Shown here one piece after another: positions 28,922-37,923 of a DNA stretch of 54,674 nucleotides (position 1 is the first letter of the stretch; every line of letters begins with the position of its first letter). Under the pieces are notes generated by a model. The model saw only the letters and a program-made list of their open reading frames with translations, ran no database searches and was not told the origin of the DNA. Origin of the DNA: an uncultured virus (IMG/VR IMGVR_UViG_3300027851_000013) (taxonomy: Duplodnaviria > Heunggongvirae > Uroviricota > Caudoviricetes); IMG/VR virus record IMGVR_UViG_3300027851_000013; one strand, written 5' to 3'. A program made the position numbers and the translations under genes.

Positions 28922-29482
28922 ATGGGTACTAGGCATCTGACTCGAATTTATGACTATGACGATACGCTTCTTCTGACCATGTATGGCCAGTATGACGGTT
29001 ACCCTGATGGCTATGGAAACGAACTGGCAAAGTTCCTATCTGAGTTTACCTTGGTGAATGGCATCGGAGATCAGAAGTTTAAGATCGCTAATGGCCCAGG
29101 TTGCTTGGCCGCTCAGATCGTCTCTCATTTCAAGGGAGATGGCGTTGGATCCTTCTACATCTACCCACCTGACTCTAGCCCTCAAGAGTTCGAATACAGG
29201 GTACACTGCATTGGATCCTACCTCGGTTCCCCAAAGAAGATTGAGCTGAGGGTGACATCCGTTCATAATCCAAAGTTCTCCTGGGTTGGGGACCCAAAGA
29301 ACTTTGACGGCAAGAAAATTCAATCCAAGATTTATGAAGTCGAGCACGAAGAAGACGAAGTAGAAAACGATAAGACGGAGGCCCTTCTTTCCCAGATGCG
29401 AGAACTAGTACAGGAATGGGACGGAAATGACATTCTTGATATCGCTAAACGACTCGCAGAAGAGAAGATGGCAAACAAGTGA
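28922..29482 (+). CDS. conserved phage hypothetical protein (MGTR..DGYP family)
   Basis: MGTR, YGQYDGYP.G.G..L..FL, NG.GCLAAQ. Confidence 0.8.
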   Translation: MGTRHLTRIYDYDDTLLLTMYGQYDGYPDGYGNELAKFLSEFTLVNGIGDQKFKIANGPGCLAAQIVSHFKGDGVGSFYIYPPDSSPQEFEYRVHCIGSYLGSPKKIELRVTSVHNPKFSWVGDPKNFDGKKIQSKIYEVEHEEDEVENDKTEALLSQMRELVQEWDGNDILDIAKRLAEEKMANK

Positions 29483-29736
29483 GGGATATAGACTTCACCG
29501 ACTTCAAGTTGGTAGCGCACTGCACTTGTCCTTTTTGCGGAAACAAAGTTTCCTGGGAAGTTACTGATGACGTAGAGGCTGTAGATTCTGGTCCTGGACA
29601 GTGGGGTTACCATGAATCTGCTCATGTGGTGTACCCTCCGCCTCCTGGTTGGGTTAAAAGACTTCACTCTACGGTCTATGGAATAGACCACTATGCTTAT
29701 GCATGTTGTCCTCCAGAGGAAGAGAAGACAGTATGA
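29479..29736 (+). CDS. small Cys-containing protein
   Basis: GTGA overlap; CPFCG. Confidence 0.6.
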   Translation: MRDIDFTDFKLVAHCTCPFCGNKVSWEVTDDVEAVDSGPGQWGYHESAHVVYPPPPGWVKRLHSTVYGIDHYAYACCPPEEEKTV

Positions 29737-30347
29737 TAGTGGAAGATGGATTGATAATTGAGGTAGACTACGTTCAAGGACTTGGCACAGTTCAATTGGG
29801 AAGCCGTGCTCTTTCCTTTATGCTGTGTCATTTTGTTTCTGGGTGGCCTGTGTGCAAGCTGGAGACAGGGGATAAGGTACAGGTTAGACTGTCTGACGAC
29901 GGAATGCAGGTGTTGAGTGTAAGGAGAGATAGATTCGTAGGAGGGAAACCTAAGACAGAAGAAGGCGTGGAGATTATCCAGGACTATTTCCCACGAATGC
30001 CCAAGAAGAGCATGACTCCAGAAGAATTCTGTCTTAAATATGCTTCTGTGCTTGTTGTGCGGAGAAGAGAAAGCAGACTTCCTACTCCTACGCAAGAAAT
30101 CCGTATGGAGTGTAGAGGAGAAGACTCCTGGGCGGTGTTTTATGACGGAGAAATGCTGGGAAAGGACGGCAAAGTATCTCCTGACTACCTGCCCTCTAAC
30201 CGGTCTGACAAGGATTACACGGTCCGCCGCTTTTCTTTTTTTGAGGCCATGGCTGTCAGCTTGGCCCTTCTCGACGCAACTAAGACTGGATGGCTGTGGG
30301 ATTGGGAAGAACCTGTAAGGGAAGCTGTTCTAAAGGCACTAGGATAG
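29733..30347 (+). CDS. two-domain hypothetical protein (OB-like N-half; C-half paralogous to 9852..10226)
   Basis: ATGA overlap; shared motif block. Confidence 0.7.
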   Translation: MIVEDGLIIEVDYVQGLGTVQLGSRALSFMLCHFVSGWPVCKLETGDKVQVRLSDDGMQVLSVRRDRFVGGKPKTEEGVEIIQDYFPRMPKKSMTPEEFCLKYASVLVVRRRESRLPTPTQEIRMECRGEDSWAVFYDGEMLGKDGKVSPDYLPSNRSDKDYTVRRFSFFEAMAVSLALLDATKTGWLWDWEEPVREAVLKALG

Positions 30348-30393
30348 GTTGACTTCGTCTTCTTCTCGGTTATTTTAGTGCAGGAGGTGCTGC

Positions 30394-30558
30394 ATGCTGC
30401 CTGCACACATCGTGTCCCAGATTTTGGAACGAGAGCGTCAAACCCGAGACAAGCTCTTCGAGCACCAACCTGTGGTAGAAATGCCCCTTGCCCCTCCGCC
30501 TGGTCCAGTGGAAACTACAGAGGAATCTCACAGAGGCGTAGTCATTATAGATCTGTAA
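30394..30558 (+). CDS. 54-aa protein MLPAHIVSQILERER...RGVVIIDL (not in ORF track)
   Basis: AGGAGG RBS; better supported than the overlapping 30378..30584 frame. Confidence 0.75.
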   Translation: MLPAHIVSQILERERQTRDKLFEHQPVVEMPLAPPPGPVETTEESHRGVVIIDL

Positions 30559-30576
30559 ATAGAAATATTGGTAACA

Positions 30577-31062
30577 ATGTCTGACGATCGCCCAGTATCT
30601 ACTCCCCTCTCCAGAGAAGAAGTTCGTTGTCTTTTAGAGATAGGCAAACAGATTCGTAAAGATGTAGAAAAGCGGTTCGATCAAATGGAGCGTATGTCGG
30701 AAATAGAATCCCCTTCACGTGTAAAACGCGGAAGAACGTTAGGATTGATAAGAAAAGCGTTCTTTAGTGCGTATGAGACACAGTCAACTTCCTTGTATTT
30801 GACTCACAGTTGGAGCTTTGCGAGAGAGTGTTACCACAAAGCCTCCCGCATGTTAACAGACAACTGGTACAACACACCTCCTGACCAACAAGCTCAGGAG
30901 CTAAAGGGGTGGGTAAAGACATACCCAAAACTTTCCTTTCGCCATTCAAATGGAGGTATGGTAACCTTCATGACGTATCCTACTTCCACCAGGTCAAAAT
31001 ACTCCTCTCCTGAGTATGAAAAGTTCGTAGACCACTATGTCTACGAAGCCAGATCTCTGTAA
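30577..31062 (+). CDS. hypothetical protein
   Basis: Tiling. Confidence 0.6.
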   Translation: MSDDRPVSTPLSREEVRCLLEIGKQIRKDVEKRFDQMERMSEIESPSRVKRGRTLGLIRKAFFSAYETQSTSLYLTHSWSFARECYHKASRMLTDNWYNTPPDQQAQELKGWVKTYPKLSFRHSNGGMVTFMTYPTSTRSKYSSPEYEKFVDHYVYEARSL

Positions 31063-31137
31063 CTAAAAGGTTACTATGAATTACACAAGCAAAACACGCG
31101 GATCAGAATTCTAGGTTTTCTAACTTAGGAGCTGAAA

Positions 31138-31878
31138 ATGCGTAAAGACATTGCAAAAGTTATCGTAGAGCGTCCTCGTTATGGCGGCGGCGGTAAGTAC
31201 CAACTTCGTCAAGACAGAAGAAAAGGAAAAGACCCGCTTCAGTGGGAGTCTCTTCCTAAACAAGAATCCCTTAAGGCAGTAAACATTCGTGGGTATAACG
31301 GAAAATACCTCAATGATTACCTTGCTCCCATCAAAGGGTTTCTCAGCAAAAACGTAGGCCGTCCCTGGGATAAGGTTAATTCTGAAATCAGAAAGCACCT
31401 CAAACCCCGTAGTACCATGCACCGTCATGTTCTCGAACATATCTACAACGGATTCGTAGAGCTTCGTCCCATGTTCAAGGAAGATGGGACGGTCCTCCGA
31501 GATGATGGTCGTCCGTTTTATGATGGAAACTGGTACGTAGACAGACAGGGTATTCTTCGAGCGTACAAGGAAAAGAAGCGTAAGAAGGTCAAACCCAAAG
31601 AAGAGATCCTGGTAATCAATGATTACGAGGAGTACAGGAAGATTGACGGAATCTGGTATTACGTCAGGTTCGTACACGCCAATCCCAAAGACTTCAACGT
31701 ATTTGACGTCATCTTCAACAGGACGCTTCCTTTCATTCCATGGCACCTTAGAGGCAAGCATGGGCCACCTAAACACGATGGCGTCCCCATATTTCATCCC
31801 GATAAGGTGAGAGTAGCGGTGGAGAAGAAGCAGCTTTCTAAGAAGCAGCTAAAGGACTTGGGCCTCAACAAACCCTGA
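31138..31878 (+). CDS. conserved basic hypothetical protein
   Basis: AGGAG RBS; MRKDIAKVIVERPR, LNDYLAP..FL...VGRPWDKV.SEI, KKQLSKKQL. Confidence 0.82.
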   Translation: MRKDIAKVIVERPRYGGGGKYQLRQDRRKGKDPLQWESLPKQESLKAVNIRGYNGKYLNDYLAPIKGFLSKNVGRPWDKVNSEIRKHLKPRSTMHRHVLEHIYNGFVELRPMFKEDGTVLRDDGRPFYDGNWYVDRQGILRAYKEKKRKKVKPKEEILVINDYEEYRKIDGIWYYVRFVHANPKDFNVFDVIFNRTLPFIPWHLRGKHGPPKHDGVPIFHPDKVRVAVEKKQLSKKQLKDLGLNKP

Positions 31879-31886
31879 CCATAATA
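31871..31886 (+). promoter_or_regulatory. repeated motif copy 5
   Basis: AACCCTGACCATAATA overlapping stop codon. Confidence 0.6.
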
Positions 31887-31921
31887 GAAAAGGGCCACCT
31901 AAATCTAGGTGGCCCTTTTCT
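31886..31921 (+). terminator. intrinsic terminator, possibly bidirectional
   Basis: Perfect 16-bp inverted repeat AGAAAAGGGCCACCTA-AATC-TAGGTGGCCCTTTTCT. Confidence 0.8.
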
Positions 31922-31936
31922 CATGCAGGAGAACGT

Positions 31937-32182
31937 ATGCCCTACAGAGAACCCTCCCCAACTCTAACCAGATTTTTTGTTTGCGTGGTCTACTTTAACG
32001 ACAACCACAACTCCGCTTCCGTCTATAGATTCATAGACGCTGAAGATAGGCTGAGTGCCCTGGAAAACGTTCTCCACAAAGAGAATGTGAAAAAACAGAC
32101 TGTGTGGTCCTGGCACATAGTTAGCCTCGCTGATTTTGAAAAAGAGATAAGGGAGGATTGTAGTGGAACACAAGGAAAATGA
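31937..32182 (+). CDS. hypothetical protein
   Basis: AGGAG RBS. Confidence 0.65.
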   Translation: MPYREPSPTLTRFFVCVVYFNDNHNSASVYRFIDAEDRLSALENVLHKENVKKQTVWSWHIVSLADFEKEIREDCSGTQGK

Positions 32183-32408
32183 TGTGACCGCACAAGAAAA
32201 GAATCTGGCAGAGGTACTCTCCAACTGGCTGTCAGCGCCTATTAACAATTATGGAACTCCCTTTGTTGGTCATCCGGAAGATTTCTCAGCAGAAGAACAG
32301 GATGTATTCCTGCGTCTTGTACATGAACCTCGCTTCGTGTCCAAAAAAGAGCAAGTAGAGAAGATTAGAGAAATTCTCCTAAACAGACGCAAAGAAGTGC
32401 ATGATTGA
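32163..32408 (+). CDS. hypothetical protein
   Basis: GGAGG RBS before GTG. Confidence 0.55.
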   Translation: MEHKENDVTAQEKNLAEVLSNWLSAPINNYGTPFVGHPEDFSAEEQDVFLRLVHEPRFVSKKEQVEKIREILLNRRKEVHD

Positions 32409-32811
32409 CGACGAACAGGATTCCTATATCCAGGCATGCCGAACAGTCGAGGCACTCACCGAACATGCTTTAGCGCAACGAGAAAAAGCAAAAGCAGCAG
32501 AAGACGTTCTGTGTGCGGTACAACTGTGGTATGAAAAGGGCGACGACGCAAAGTTGGAACAAGCCTGGAGAGAGTATCAGGCATGTTCTCAAAAGGAGGA
32601 AGATGCCAGCTTTTGGGTGCAGCTTCTGCGCGATAGCGCCAACCGGCCTACAGCAATAAGGATTAGCGAGAAAGAATTCAAGAATGACCCTGCAATGGCT
32701 ATCAGAGCAGCGAAGAATGTTCCACACGTAACTGTGACGAATGGCGCAGGACAAGTGAGAATGGTCATTGTCCGACAAAGAACTGACTTAGAAGATACGG
32801 AGGAATCGTGA
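32401..32811 (+). CDS. hypothetical protein with C-terminal Phd/YefM-like segment
   Basis: RISEKEFKNDPAMAIRAAKNVPHVTVTNGAGQVRMVIV. Confidence 0.55.
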   Translation: MIDDEQDSYIQACRTVEALTEHALAQREKAKAAEDVLCAVQLWYEKGDDAKLEQAWREYQACSQKEEDASFWVQLLRDSANRPTAIRISEKEFKNDPAMAIRAAKNVPHVTVTNGAGQVRMVIVRQRTDLEDTEES

Positions 32812-33296
32812 CTCGACGTGGAGACCACACCATAGTTGTTGGAATGGTAAATTTTCCTACGCATCTTCCTTCTTCGCGGGAGGGAGGAACATTTGTTCGG
32901 TTAGTCGTGATCGATACCCCTGGTAGGGAAAACTACGACAATAGGTATGTTCCTTGTTGTGGAGGTGACACTCATTTCCTGATGGACGAATCTTTCCTCG
33001 GAGATGACCTGTCGTCTGATGGCTCTGACATGAAAGAGGTGGAGGATAAATACTTCCCATTTCTAAATGATGACACCAAGGAATTCTTTAACGATTCCGA
33101 TGGCAAAGACAGGTATAGGAAATACTTGTCTTTGGACATTCTCACAGTGGTGCTTATGGGAGCTACAGGATGGTCCTCTCACGAATGGCGGTGTACCTAC
33201 TCTGACCTTACGGAGCATGGTAAGAGGCTTTACGAAATGCTTCAAAACACGTACCCAAAGTGCGAGTTACGTCTTCTTACGTTCAAGGATACCTGA
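32808..33296 (+). CDS. hypothetical protein
   Basis: GTGA overlap, GGAGG RBS. Confidence 0.7.
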   Translation: MTRRGDHTIVVGMVNFPTHLPSSREGGTFVRLVVIDTPGRENYDNRYVPCCGGDTHFLMDESFLGDDLSSDGSDMKEVEDKYFPFLNDDTKEFFNDSDGKDRYRKYLSLDILTVVLMGATGWSSHEWRCTYSDLTEHGKRLYEMLQNTYPKCELRLLTFKDT

Positions 33297-33298
33297 CT

Positions 33299-34681
33299 AT
33301 GGCCCATCTTTCCATCTGTGGCGAGTTTATCACGGACTATGTTCGAGGCCTGGTTCTGGAGGGCAACCCAGAAAAGGCCTGGACCATTCTGGAGGAGTGT
33401 CTCCTCTCTGAAGAGGGAGAGGTGCCCCACTCTGTCCTTGTGAGCATTCTTAACGGGTCTTCTAAGCTAGAGGGTGTAAACGACATCTCTTTGGTAGAAG
33501 AGCAGGATGAAGAATACCGGAGCGAACTACTCCAAACTTATGCGGGGCGCATTCAGTTGGATGGAATGTGGTATCGTCCTATATTGATAATTCCCTCTTA
33601 TTCCGCTTCTGCCTTTAGTACAGTTTCCAGATTTCCTTCCCTCATCCGTGCGGTACAAAGCGACAGGCACATTTTTACTAATGAAGTAGGTGAGGTCGAA
33701 CCTTGGGTTGTGGAGTGGGAAGGACTGGTAGCCCAATGGCACGTGTCTCGACTTCGGGGACACGTTCGTGTGGAAGAAGCACTTGGATTCTTTGTCCTAT
33801 GGGATGTTTGTCCTGGTCGCCCCTTTTGGCTTAAGGGAGCACCCAAAACCTTTGAGGCGGCACTGGTTGAATTTCTGGGAAATGAAAAGACTGTTCCTGT
33901 TGCAGACGAGAATGATCTGTTGTCCTTTTACGAAGACTTAAATCGCAGTAACTTTTATGCAGAGGAACAATTTGACCAGTGGGATCTGCTGACGCTAACA
34001 CAAAAACTAGTAGAATTTGACCAGTGGGATCTGCTGACGCTAACACAAAAACTAGTAGGGCGGAGAAAGAGTCAGAAAAAGTACGAGGAACTGTGTCTTC
34101 TTCAGGAAGAAATCAAAAGAAGATCGGGTTCTGACACTCTTGAGCTGAGGGTTTATTCGGAGGTGTACCATCTTCCTCGCGCTCCATTTATTAATTGGGC
34201 TCTGAGTCGCACCAAGTTCGGCCATCTTGCACCTAAGTGGGAGGTGGTGTGTCCTATTGGAATGAAGATGGACAATGACAACCGCTATCATACAGACTGG
34301 ATGGTAGGAGCGGGCATTCCTCTGCACAAGTCCTACGACAGAGAGCTACTCTTGGCTGCGGCGGATCTGTCTGCCCAGATTCAGGAAGAACTCTGTGGAA
34401 CCTCTGCCCACATTCTGACAGGAGCAGACGGGTACCATCAAGGTGCTGTGGGGAAAAGTATTATGGTTCTGCCTCACCTTGGAGTGGAGTACGCTGAAGT
34501 AGCTATGAATCCTGAGGTAAGAGTCATCATTGCTGAAGAGGGTGGGGCGTTGTCCCATCTAGTATCAGTTGGAAGAGAATCTGGCCTCTGCATTCTCAGA
34601 ATCAAGAATGCTTTATCCTTGTTTCCTCTTGGAACCACCCTGGGCGTGAACCAGGAAACAGGAAAGGTATCTATGCTGTGA
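33299..34681 (+). CDS. protein with C-terminal PEP-utilising enzyme mobile (phospho-His) domain
   Basis: VIIAEEGGALSHLVSVGRESG matches GG..SH...RE; start at MAHLSIC after AAGGA. Confidence 0.78.
   Translation: MAHLSICGEFITDYVRGLVLEGNPEKAWTILEECLLSEEGEVPHSVLVSILNGSSKLEGVNDISLVEEQDEEYRSELLQTYAGRIQLDGMWYRPILIIPSYSASAFSTVSRFPSLIRAVQSDRHIFTNEVGEVEPWVVEWEGLVAQWHVSRLRGHVRVEEALGFFVLWDVCPGRPFWLKGAPKTFEAALVEFLGNEKTVPVADENDLLSFYEDLNRSNFYAEEQFDQWDLLTLTQKLVEFDQWDLLTLTQKLVGRRKSQKKYEELCLLQEEIKRRSGSDTLELRVYSEVYHLPRAPFINWALSRTKFGHLAPKWEVVCPIGMKMDNDNRYHTDWMVGAGIPLHKSYDRELLLAAADLSAQIQEELCGTSAHILTGADGYHQGAVGKSIMVLPHLGVEYAEVAMNPEVRVIIAEEGGALSHLVSVGRESGLCILRIKNALSLFPLGTTLGVNQETGKVSML
33969..34058 (+). repeat. exact 45-bp tandem duplication (in frame)
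   Basis: AATTTGACCAGTGGGATCTGCTGACGCTAACACAAAAACTAGTAG twice; FDQWDLLTLTQKLV twice. Confidence 0.95.
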
Positions 34682-34713
34682 CTTGTTTGATCCTGGTAGG
34701 AGGGTGAGGAAGT

Positions 34714-35103
34714 ATGACCAAGACAATTCAGGTTTCCGTCACAAAGACACGTTGGGCTGAGATGTCATCTCGCACTCTATCCAGAGTATCTAGTCTTACG
34801 CTTGACCATGGAAGCGTGATGAAGGCTCTTATCCGAAGGAAGAACAAGAGTGACCGAATCTTCTTGGCCCATTATCGAAGGCGCATTGTAGGATGGGCTA
34901 CTGTGGACCACTTCAACACAAGTAGTTCCAGATTCTATACTGTAAATGTTTACGTTGAGCCTTCTTTTAGGGGAAGAGGAATAGCCAATCAACTAGTTAC
35001 TCGTGTCAAGGAAGACACTACCCACCTCAAGAAGACAGTGTTGTTTCCTAGCCTACCGTCAAGAGGCAAAAAATTTGAGAAAGAGAAGGCTAAGACTATC
35101 TAA
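34714..35103 (+). CDS. GNAT family acetyltransferase
   Basis: IVGWA, VYVEPSFRGRGIANQLV acetyl-CoA motif A. Confidence 0.85.
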   Translation: MTKTIQVSVTKTRWAEMSSRTLSRVSSLTLDHGSVMKALIRRKNKSDRIFLAHYRRRIVGWATVDHFNTSSSRFYTVNVYVEPSFRGRGIANQLVTRVKEDTTHLKKTVLFPSLPSRGKKFEKEKAKTI

Positions 35104-35271
35104 TTAGGTGGCCAGAAAACCAGCGTGGAAAGCAAATTTGGTTCACCTCAAGGTGGCCATAGAAAGAATAGTACATAATTTTTCTGTTCATGCTGGAGTC
35201 AGTAAAAAGGTAGCTGCCTCTCACATAGAAAATATAGCACGAGAGATACGAGAGAAGGAAGAGAAGAAAGG

Positions 35272-35580
35272 GTGATTGCTTTTTTCAGTGCAGAGTGCAT
35301 CTTTACTAACAGAATGCCTGCTAGATTCTGGAGAAAAGCAAGACAAAACCCTTATCCCTTTTTATCTCTACAAGCTGTGGGCGGAGGAGTAACCGGATAC
35401 TTCAAGGGTATGATGTCTTTTGATAAAGATACCTTGTCTGACGAAGAGATATCTTACGAGATTGCGGCTGCCTTGGTAGACAAGGTGGAAATGTTTTCTC
35501 CTGTAGGAGTTGACTCTATAAACTTTGAAGAGATAACACTTTCTCTGGCAGACGAGGAGAAGCCAACGTCTTATACGTAG
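35272..35580 (+). CDS. hypothetical protein
   Basis: Tiling. Confidence 0.55.
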   Translation: MIAFFSAECIFTNRMPARFWRKARQNPYPFLSLQAVGGGVTGYFKGMMSFDKDTLSDEEISYEIAAALVDKVEMFSPVGVDSINFEEITLSLADEEKPTSYT

Positions 35581-35584
35581 GCCG

Positions 35585-35600
35585 TACCCTGCTCATACTA
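35585..35600 (+). promoter_or_regulatory. repeated motif copy 6
   Basis: TACCCTGCTCATACTA, intergenic. Confidence 0.7.
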
Positions 35601-35669
35601 AGGACTGTGCCTCCTCGACAACCTCATGCTTCTCTTTAATGAGAGGCTCCAGAACAAAACCGCCGAACG

Positions 35670-35882
35670 ATGAAGCCTGAAGATACCTCCGAAGAAAGCA
35701 ACGACTCTTACGATCTCTGGTTGTCCGCTAATTCAGAAGAAGTAGCAAAGCATGTAGGGAAGGTAGTTGCTGTTCATCCTATCCGAGGAATCGTTGCAAG
35801 CACCTCGTCTATTAAGGACACTACCGCCGAGGTGACCCGTATGGGCCTTTTTGACGAGGTAGTGATTCATGTTGTTTCCTGA
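35670..35882 (+). CDS. small protein, DUF5678-like
   Basis: WL..N..E...H.GK.VAV....IVAS. Confidence 0.55.
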   Translation: MKPEDTSEESNDSYDLWLSANSEEVAKHVGKVVAVHPIRGIVASTSSIKDTTAEVTRMGLFDEVVIHVVS

Positions 35883-35898
35883 AGAACAGAGGTGACTC

Positions 35899-36324
35899 GT
35901 GCAAGACCTAGACGCACTAGAGCAAACACTGCGTGCTCATACAGGAGCCAGCAGAATCGCCTGTAAACGTGCTGTAAGAGATGCTAACGGGGATCTAGAA
36001 CTAGCGTTAGAAATTCTCGACATACGAATCCGAAACGGCGAAGTCAGAACCACAAGGGAAGAAAAAATGATCGTAGTCAAGATAGAGATGTGGCCCTTAG
36101 GTTTTGAATCCAAGGCCAGGGAACTGGGACGTATGTACATCACAAACGACGGAACAGGCCACGAAAAAAGAGGAAACTACAACGTGGCAGTGTGCAGAAA
36201 GGGGAGCACCGATAAGAAGTCTCCTCTCCGCACAGGTCGTGTAGAAGATTACCCACGTCTGTCGTACAACGTGTGGCGACTCATCCTGCGTGCTCTTCGT
36301 TCTTCTTTTCCGGAGGAGAAATGA
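35899..36324 (+). CDS. EF-Ts N-terminal (UBA-like) domain fused to phage domain
   Basis: LRAHTGASRIACKRAVRDANGDLELALEIL; second domain from in-frame ATG 36067 (MIVVKIEMWP..NDGTG..GNY). Confidence 0.7.
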   Translation: MQDLDALEQTLRAHTGASRIACKRAVRDANGDLELALEILDIRIRNGEVRTTREEKMIVVKIEMWPLGFESKARELGRMYITNDGTGHEKRGNYNVAVCRKGSTDKKSPLRTGRVEDYPRLSYNVWRLILRALRSSFPEEK

Positions 36325-36896
36325 GACAGGAGAAGTTCTATTGCAGAGCTTACCATCAAGGAAAACAGTTCTGGGAGTTTCTACGTGCTCCCTCTAAAGA
36401 GTTAGCGCGAGAGTGTTTCATTCAAAACTACTCCCTTCCTGACACAGACACCATCACCGTCATTCCTACGGGCGAGGTCGACAAGTTGAGCATTGCGCGC
36501 CTGCTCTATTTTATCCCGAAGGACTTTGATCCATGGGGGTGCAGCGAACCATTTACTATTGATATGGTTCAGACTCTTCCGTCCGGCAAAATACACCAAT
36601 ATGACTACGGTGAGATATCCAACGATCAGTTGGGGCGTCGAAAGCTAGACCCGTGGTGGCATGCTGCGCGAATTAAGTGGATGTTATCTCATCCTAAGGC
36701 TCTTCTGGACCCCATTTCTGTGGATTGCCACTGCAACTACGGAGTGATTTACCCCATTCCAGAAATCACGGATGGATGGCACAGGTTTTTTGCACATAGG
36801 GTCCTTGGAAAACGGAAAATTCCTGCGTTCTTTGCAGGAAGAACGGACCTTCTGGACTATCTGGCGCTAAGGACGAACAATCTTCCTGAGGAGTGA
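36321..36896 (+). CDS. ParB/Srx-like fold protein
   Basis: GGAGG RBS; PISVD..ITDGWHRFFA. Confidence 0.6.
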   Translation: MRQEKFYCRAYHQGKQFWEFLRAPSKELARECFIQNYSLPDTDTITVIPTGEVDKLSIARLLYFIPKDFDPWGCSEPFTIDMVQTLPSGKIHQYDYGEISNDQLGRRKLDPWWHAARIKWMLSHPKALLDPISVDCHCNYGVIYPIPEITDGWHRFFAHRVLGKRKIPAFFAGRTDLLDYLALRTNNLPEE

Positions 36897-36899
36897 TTC

Positions 36900-37493
36900 A
36901 TGTTTAGAGGACAAGATGGTCACCTTGAGCATAAGCACAGAATGGAAGAGGAGGCAGAAAGAGAAAAGAAGCGATCCGCCAAGCAGAGAAGGTCAGAGCG
37001 TGTCAAAAGAACCGCTAACTTTCTATGGAAGGTTTCGGTAACTATTTTTCTGCTGACATTTACTGCTGCGCTCGTAGCGGCACTAGTGTCCTCTCTGCAC
37101 GAGTCTCAAGAGATCGCGAAGGTAAGGGCCAGAGAAACGCATCTTGCACACCTACGCCAAATGAAAGAAAACATTCCTGCGGGTGTCGAGGCAGACACTT
37201 GGATATGGTGTGTAGATCGCTGCGCTCGTCTTGGAACACGCAACGGAGAGTTATACTCTGAAGGTGTGGTGGAAGGACGCCTGTTCAATCACGAGTCTCA
37301 GTTAGAGATGATCTCCGTTTCTGGGCCGTGGCTTACTCACAGCGGACGACGTCACATCACAATAGAGATAACTGATTCTCTTAGAGATCTAAATTCTCCA
37401 CGATTTGACATAGGTGATGTTGTCAGGCTTCACCTTGTTCATGAGAGGAACGGATGGACCATCATGCCCAGAAAGCTTCATCTTCATGACTGA
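36900..37493 (+). CDS. single-TM membrane protein
   Basis: GAGGAG RBS; hydrophobic helix at about aa 40-65. Confidence 0.7.
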   Translation: MFRGQDGHLEHKHRMEEEAEREKKRSAKQRRSERVKRTANFLWKVSVTIFLLTFTAALVAALVSSLHESQEIAKVRARETHLAHLRQMKENIPAGVEADTWIWCVDRCARLGTRNGELYSEGVVEGRLFNHESQLEMISVSGPWLTHSGRRHITIEITDSLRDLNSPRFDIGDVVRLHLVHERNGWTIMPRKLHLHD

Positions 37494-37923
37494 CACATTG
37501 GTTTTCCAAACCGTGCGGGGATGGGACGGAGAGTGGGACGATTCCAACTCTCTTCTTTTTTGTCCTACTCCTGTGATGTATCATGAGGCACATATTTACC
37601 TAGGAATCTTGGTCGAGAAATCTGGTCCTATTTCCTGGACTGCTGAGCTTCTTTCGTGCGCGCCTCTATCCGTTCCTTCAGAGATTCTAGATGCCGCTTT
37701 TGATCTGACTAACAGCGCATACACGTCAGAAGACAGGGTCAAAACAGACTTCATCTCTCTTGTAGACTATGGCGCCTCTGCCCTGCTAGCTTCTTTTAGA
37801 AGCGCCTCCCCTAAGAAAGCAGTTTTTGAGGCACGAGTGGAAGCGAGTATGGTCGCATCTCGTCCAGCTGTGTACCTCGACGCGTTCAAAATGGAAGTAA
37901 TGAAGGGATGTCTCAATGACTGA
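37486..37923 (+). CDS. hypothetical protein
   Basis: Overlap tiling. Confidence 0.6.
   Translation: MTDTLVFQTVRGWDGEWDDSNSLLFCPTPVMYHEAHIYLGILVEKSGPISWTAELLSCAPLSVPSEILDAAFDLTNSAYTSEDRVKTDFISLVDYGASALLASFRSASPKKAVFEARVEASMVASRPAVYLDAFKMEVMKGCLND

Noticed and set aside
31120..31797. 225-aa minus-strand ORF
   Set aside because: Shadow of 31138..31878
32109..32123. Near-match TCCTGGCACATAGTTA
   Set aside because: Wrong spacing and inside a CDS
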